Below, piece after piece: positions 63,668 through 64,000 of a DNA stretch of 64,000 bases (position 1 is the first letter of the stretch; each line of letters opens with the position of its first letter). The notes below the pieces were generated by a model. It was not told the DNA's origin. It did no database searches and saw nothing but the letters and a program-made list of their open reading frames with translations. The DNA is from Octopus bimaculoides (taxonomy: Eukaryota). The position numbers and the translations under genes are program-made. The stretch spans positions 95,674,614 through 95,738,613 of the forward strand of contig NC_068986.1 of NCBI RefSeq assembly GCF_001194135.2, written 5' to 3'.

Positions 63668-64000
63668 TGAGAGAGAAAAAAAAGAACAGTAATACAATGA
63701 AGGGTCACCTTCATCAGTTGTCGGCTGTCTATCTACTCCCCATTTCAAGCAATCAATGAGAATATGAGTCTTTGAAGACAGTTATTCCCATAAATACCAA
63801 AATAAAATTTTGGATTTATGTCCTGTTTTTGTTCCTAACTTTGACACTCCATAAATCTAAAATTTTATTTTGGTATTTATGGGAGCAACTGTCTTCGAAG
63901 ACTCATATTGTCACTGATTGCTCAAAATGGGGAGTAGATAGACAGCTGACAACTGATGAAGGGTCATTCTTTGTATTACTTGTCCTTTTTTCCTCTCGTT
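63668..64000. repeat. Fold-back repeat reaching the window end
   Basis: 113-bp core arms 63708-63820 / 63850-63962 with a 29-nt spacer; weaker symmetry continues outward. Confidence 0.85.

Noticed and set aside
1-64000. CRISPR arrays, rRNA, operons
   Set aside because: Eukaryotic sequence; no repeat-spacer arrays or rRNA-like segments seen.

Overview
Eukaryotic (animal) draft-assembly window: AT-rich, packed with (TA)n/(CA)n microsatellites and tRNA-derived SINEs, with 7 N-gaps. The repeat landscape suggests a coleoid cephalopod, probably Octopus (inference, not verified). Genes: (1) an intronless hnRNP A/B-family CDS (minus, ATG 4717 to stop 3842); (2) an intact Tigger/pogo-derived HTH ORF lacking the DDE domain (plus, 26327-27142); (3) RAD1 (9-1-1 checkpoint clamp), reconstructed by hand as 8 coding exons on minus (52554 to 33961, 280 aa, all GT-AG, phases consistent); (4) an intronless NAA20 (plus, 54732-55253), head-to-head with RAD1. 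Mobile elements: two Merlin transposase remnants, a DD41D (rosa/VS) element with TIRs, two Tc1-type elements, a Penelope-like element, Tx1/L1- and RTE-type LINE remnants and many SINEs. The most unusual signal is a cluster around the RAD1/NAA20 promoter: a Merlin transposase remnant plus three GG...CC-terminated fold-back MITEs with perfect 8-9 bp TSDs that carry TTAGGG/CCCTAA telomere-type repeats. Several local templated or inverted duplications are also present. Everything was read by eye; no searches were run.
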